Assembly: GCA_043228905.1 (NCBI GenBank)
Contig: JBHGNT010000012.1
Span: 9,920,001-9,984,000 of the forward strand
Origin: Azolla caroliniana
Lineage: Eukaryota; Plantae; Polypodiophyta
Length of the DNA stretch: 64,000 nucleotides
Direction of reading: 5' to 3'
The position numbers were made by a program, and so were the translations under genes. The notes under the pieces were generated by a model. That model had not been told where the DNA came from. It worked only from the letters and a program-made list of their open reading frames with translations, and made no database searches. Positions 63,103 to 64,000 of the stretch are shown in pieces. Numbering within the stretch: the first letter of the stretch is position 1; every line of letters begins with the position of its first letter.

Positions 63103-64000
63103 TGTTGGGATTTCGGTCCCTCCGGATGGGATGTCCGGAGATGAATGACGGCAAGCCCGGAGGCTGTTACGGAACCGTATGATGAAGAGTACCCGGCATG
63201 AAGCCGGATGAAGAGTACCCGGCTGCGGATCCGGATGATGAAGACCCCGGTTACGGAGCCGGATGATGAAGACCCCGGTTACGGAGCCGGATGCTGAAGA
63301 CCCCGGTTACGGAGCCGGATGACGTATGTACCCGGAGAGAGATCCGGATGCGGGGACATATTTGTGAATATGTTTGCCAAGGGCCCTTGAGGCTATATTT
63401 GTAAATAGCCCGAAAGTCATATGTGTATAAATATGACTTAGGGCAAACAGTTTTGCTGTTGTTGAAGTTGTTGCTCATTTTTCTGTTTTCCACTGAGAGG
63501 AAGCGAAGTGAGAGCAGCCGAGAGAGAGTGAGAGAGAAAGAGGAAGGAAGAGGTCGACGCCTCTGTGTAATACCGCCGCCTGTGGCGAGGACAGCGAGCT
63601 CAAGGTCGTCGCCTTGCAGCTCGCCATTGTACATTCCCCGCGTATAGTGATAGTTGGAGTCTTGCACTCCCGTGGTTTTTCCCATTTAGGGTTTTCCACG
63701 TAAAACATCCAGTGTACCCTTCTCTCTGTTGTTTTCGTGCATTCTTGTATTTCCCGTTTTCTGTGAATCGATTCTGTTCCTCGGTTGTGGCCGAGCGCGG
63801 AATCTCAACAAACTGGTATCAGAGCGACGGTAACACAGAAAATGGAAGGCGGCAGCAGCGGGCAACCGGGGATGATGGTGCTGAATGCGCAGAATTACGC
63901 CGACTGGAAGATCAAGATGGAGGATCTTCTGATTGTTCGGGATCTGTACGAACCGATTGACAGGTCGGAAATACCGAAGGGGGTACTTGAGTCGGAGTGG
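63103..64000 (+). mobile_element. 5' end of a Ty1/copia element (LTR 63103-63810, PBS 63814-63825, gag from 63842)
   Basis: TGTTGG..TCAACA termini; TGGTATCAGAGC PBS; gag MEGG..LNAQNYADWKIKMEDLL; 28-bp tandem repeats in U3. Confidence 0.9.

Overview
Repeat-dense nuclear heterochromatin with no ordinary host protein gene. It probably comes from a leptosporangiate fern, inferred from a plastid insertion with the order rrn5-trnR(ACG)-trnI(CAU)-rpl23 and an ACG start on rpl23. The backbone is two degenerate tRNA-gene satellites (His-GTG on -, Leu-TAG on +). These are invaded by about a dozen nested Ty1/copia and Ty3/gypsy LTR elements, whose LTRs, PBS/PPT and target-site duplications (TSDs) can mostly be read directly. 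The standout is a 9.2-kb DNA transposon (36495-45716) with 36-bp TIRs and a 4-bp TSD. It carries an intact 926-aa Sola-like DDD transposase and, divergently, a six-exon gene for a ParB-like domain fused to a bacterial-type beta-class N6A/N4C DNA methyltransferase. Intron 1 of that gene holds ten phased palindromes at a 51-bp period, reminiscent of a parS/operator array. All calls come from manual reading; no database searches were run.
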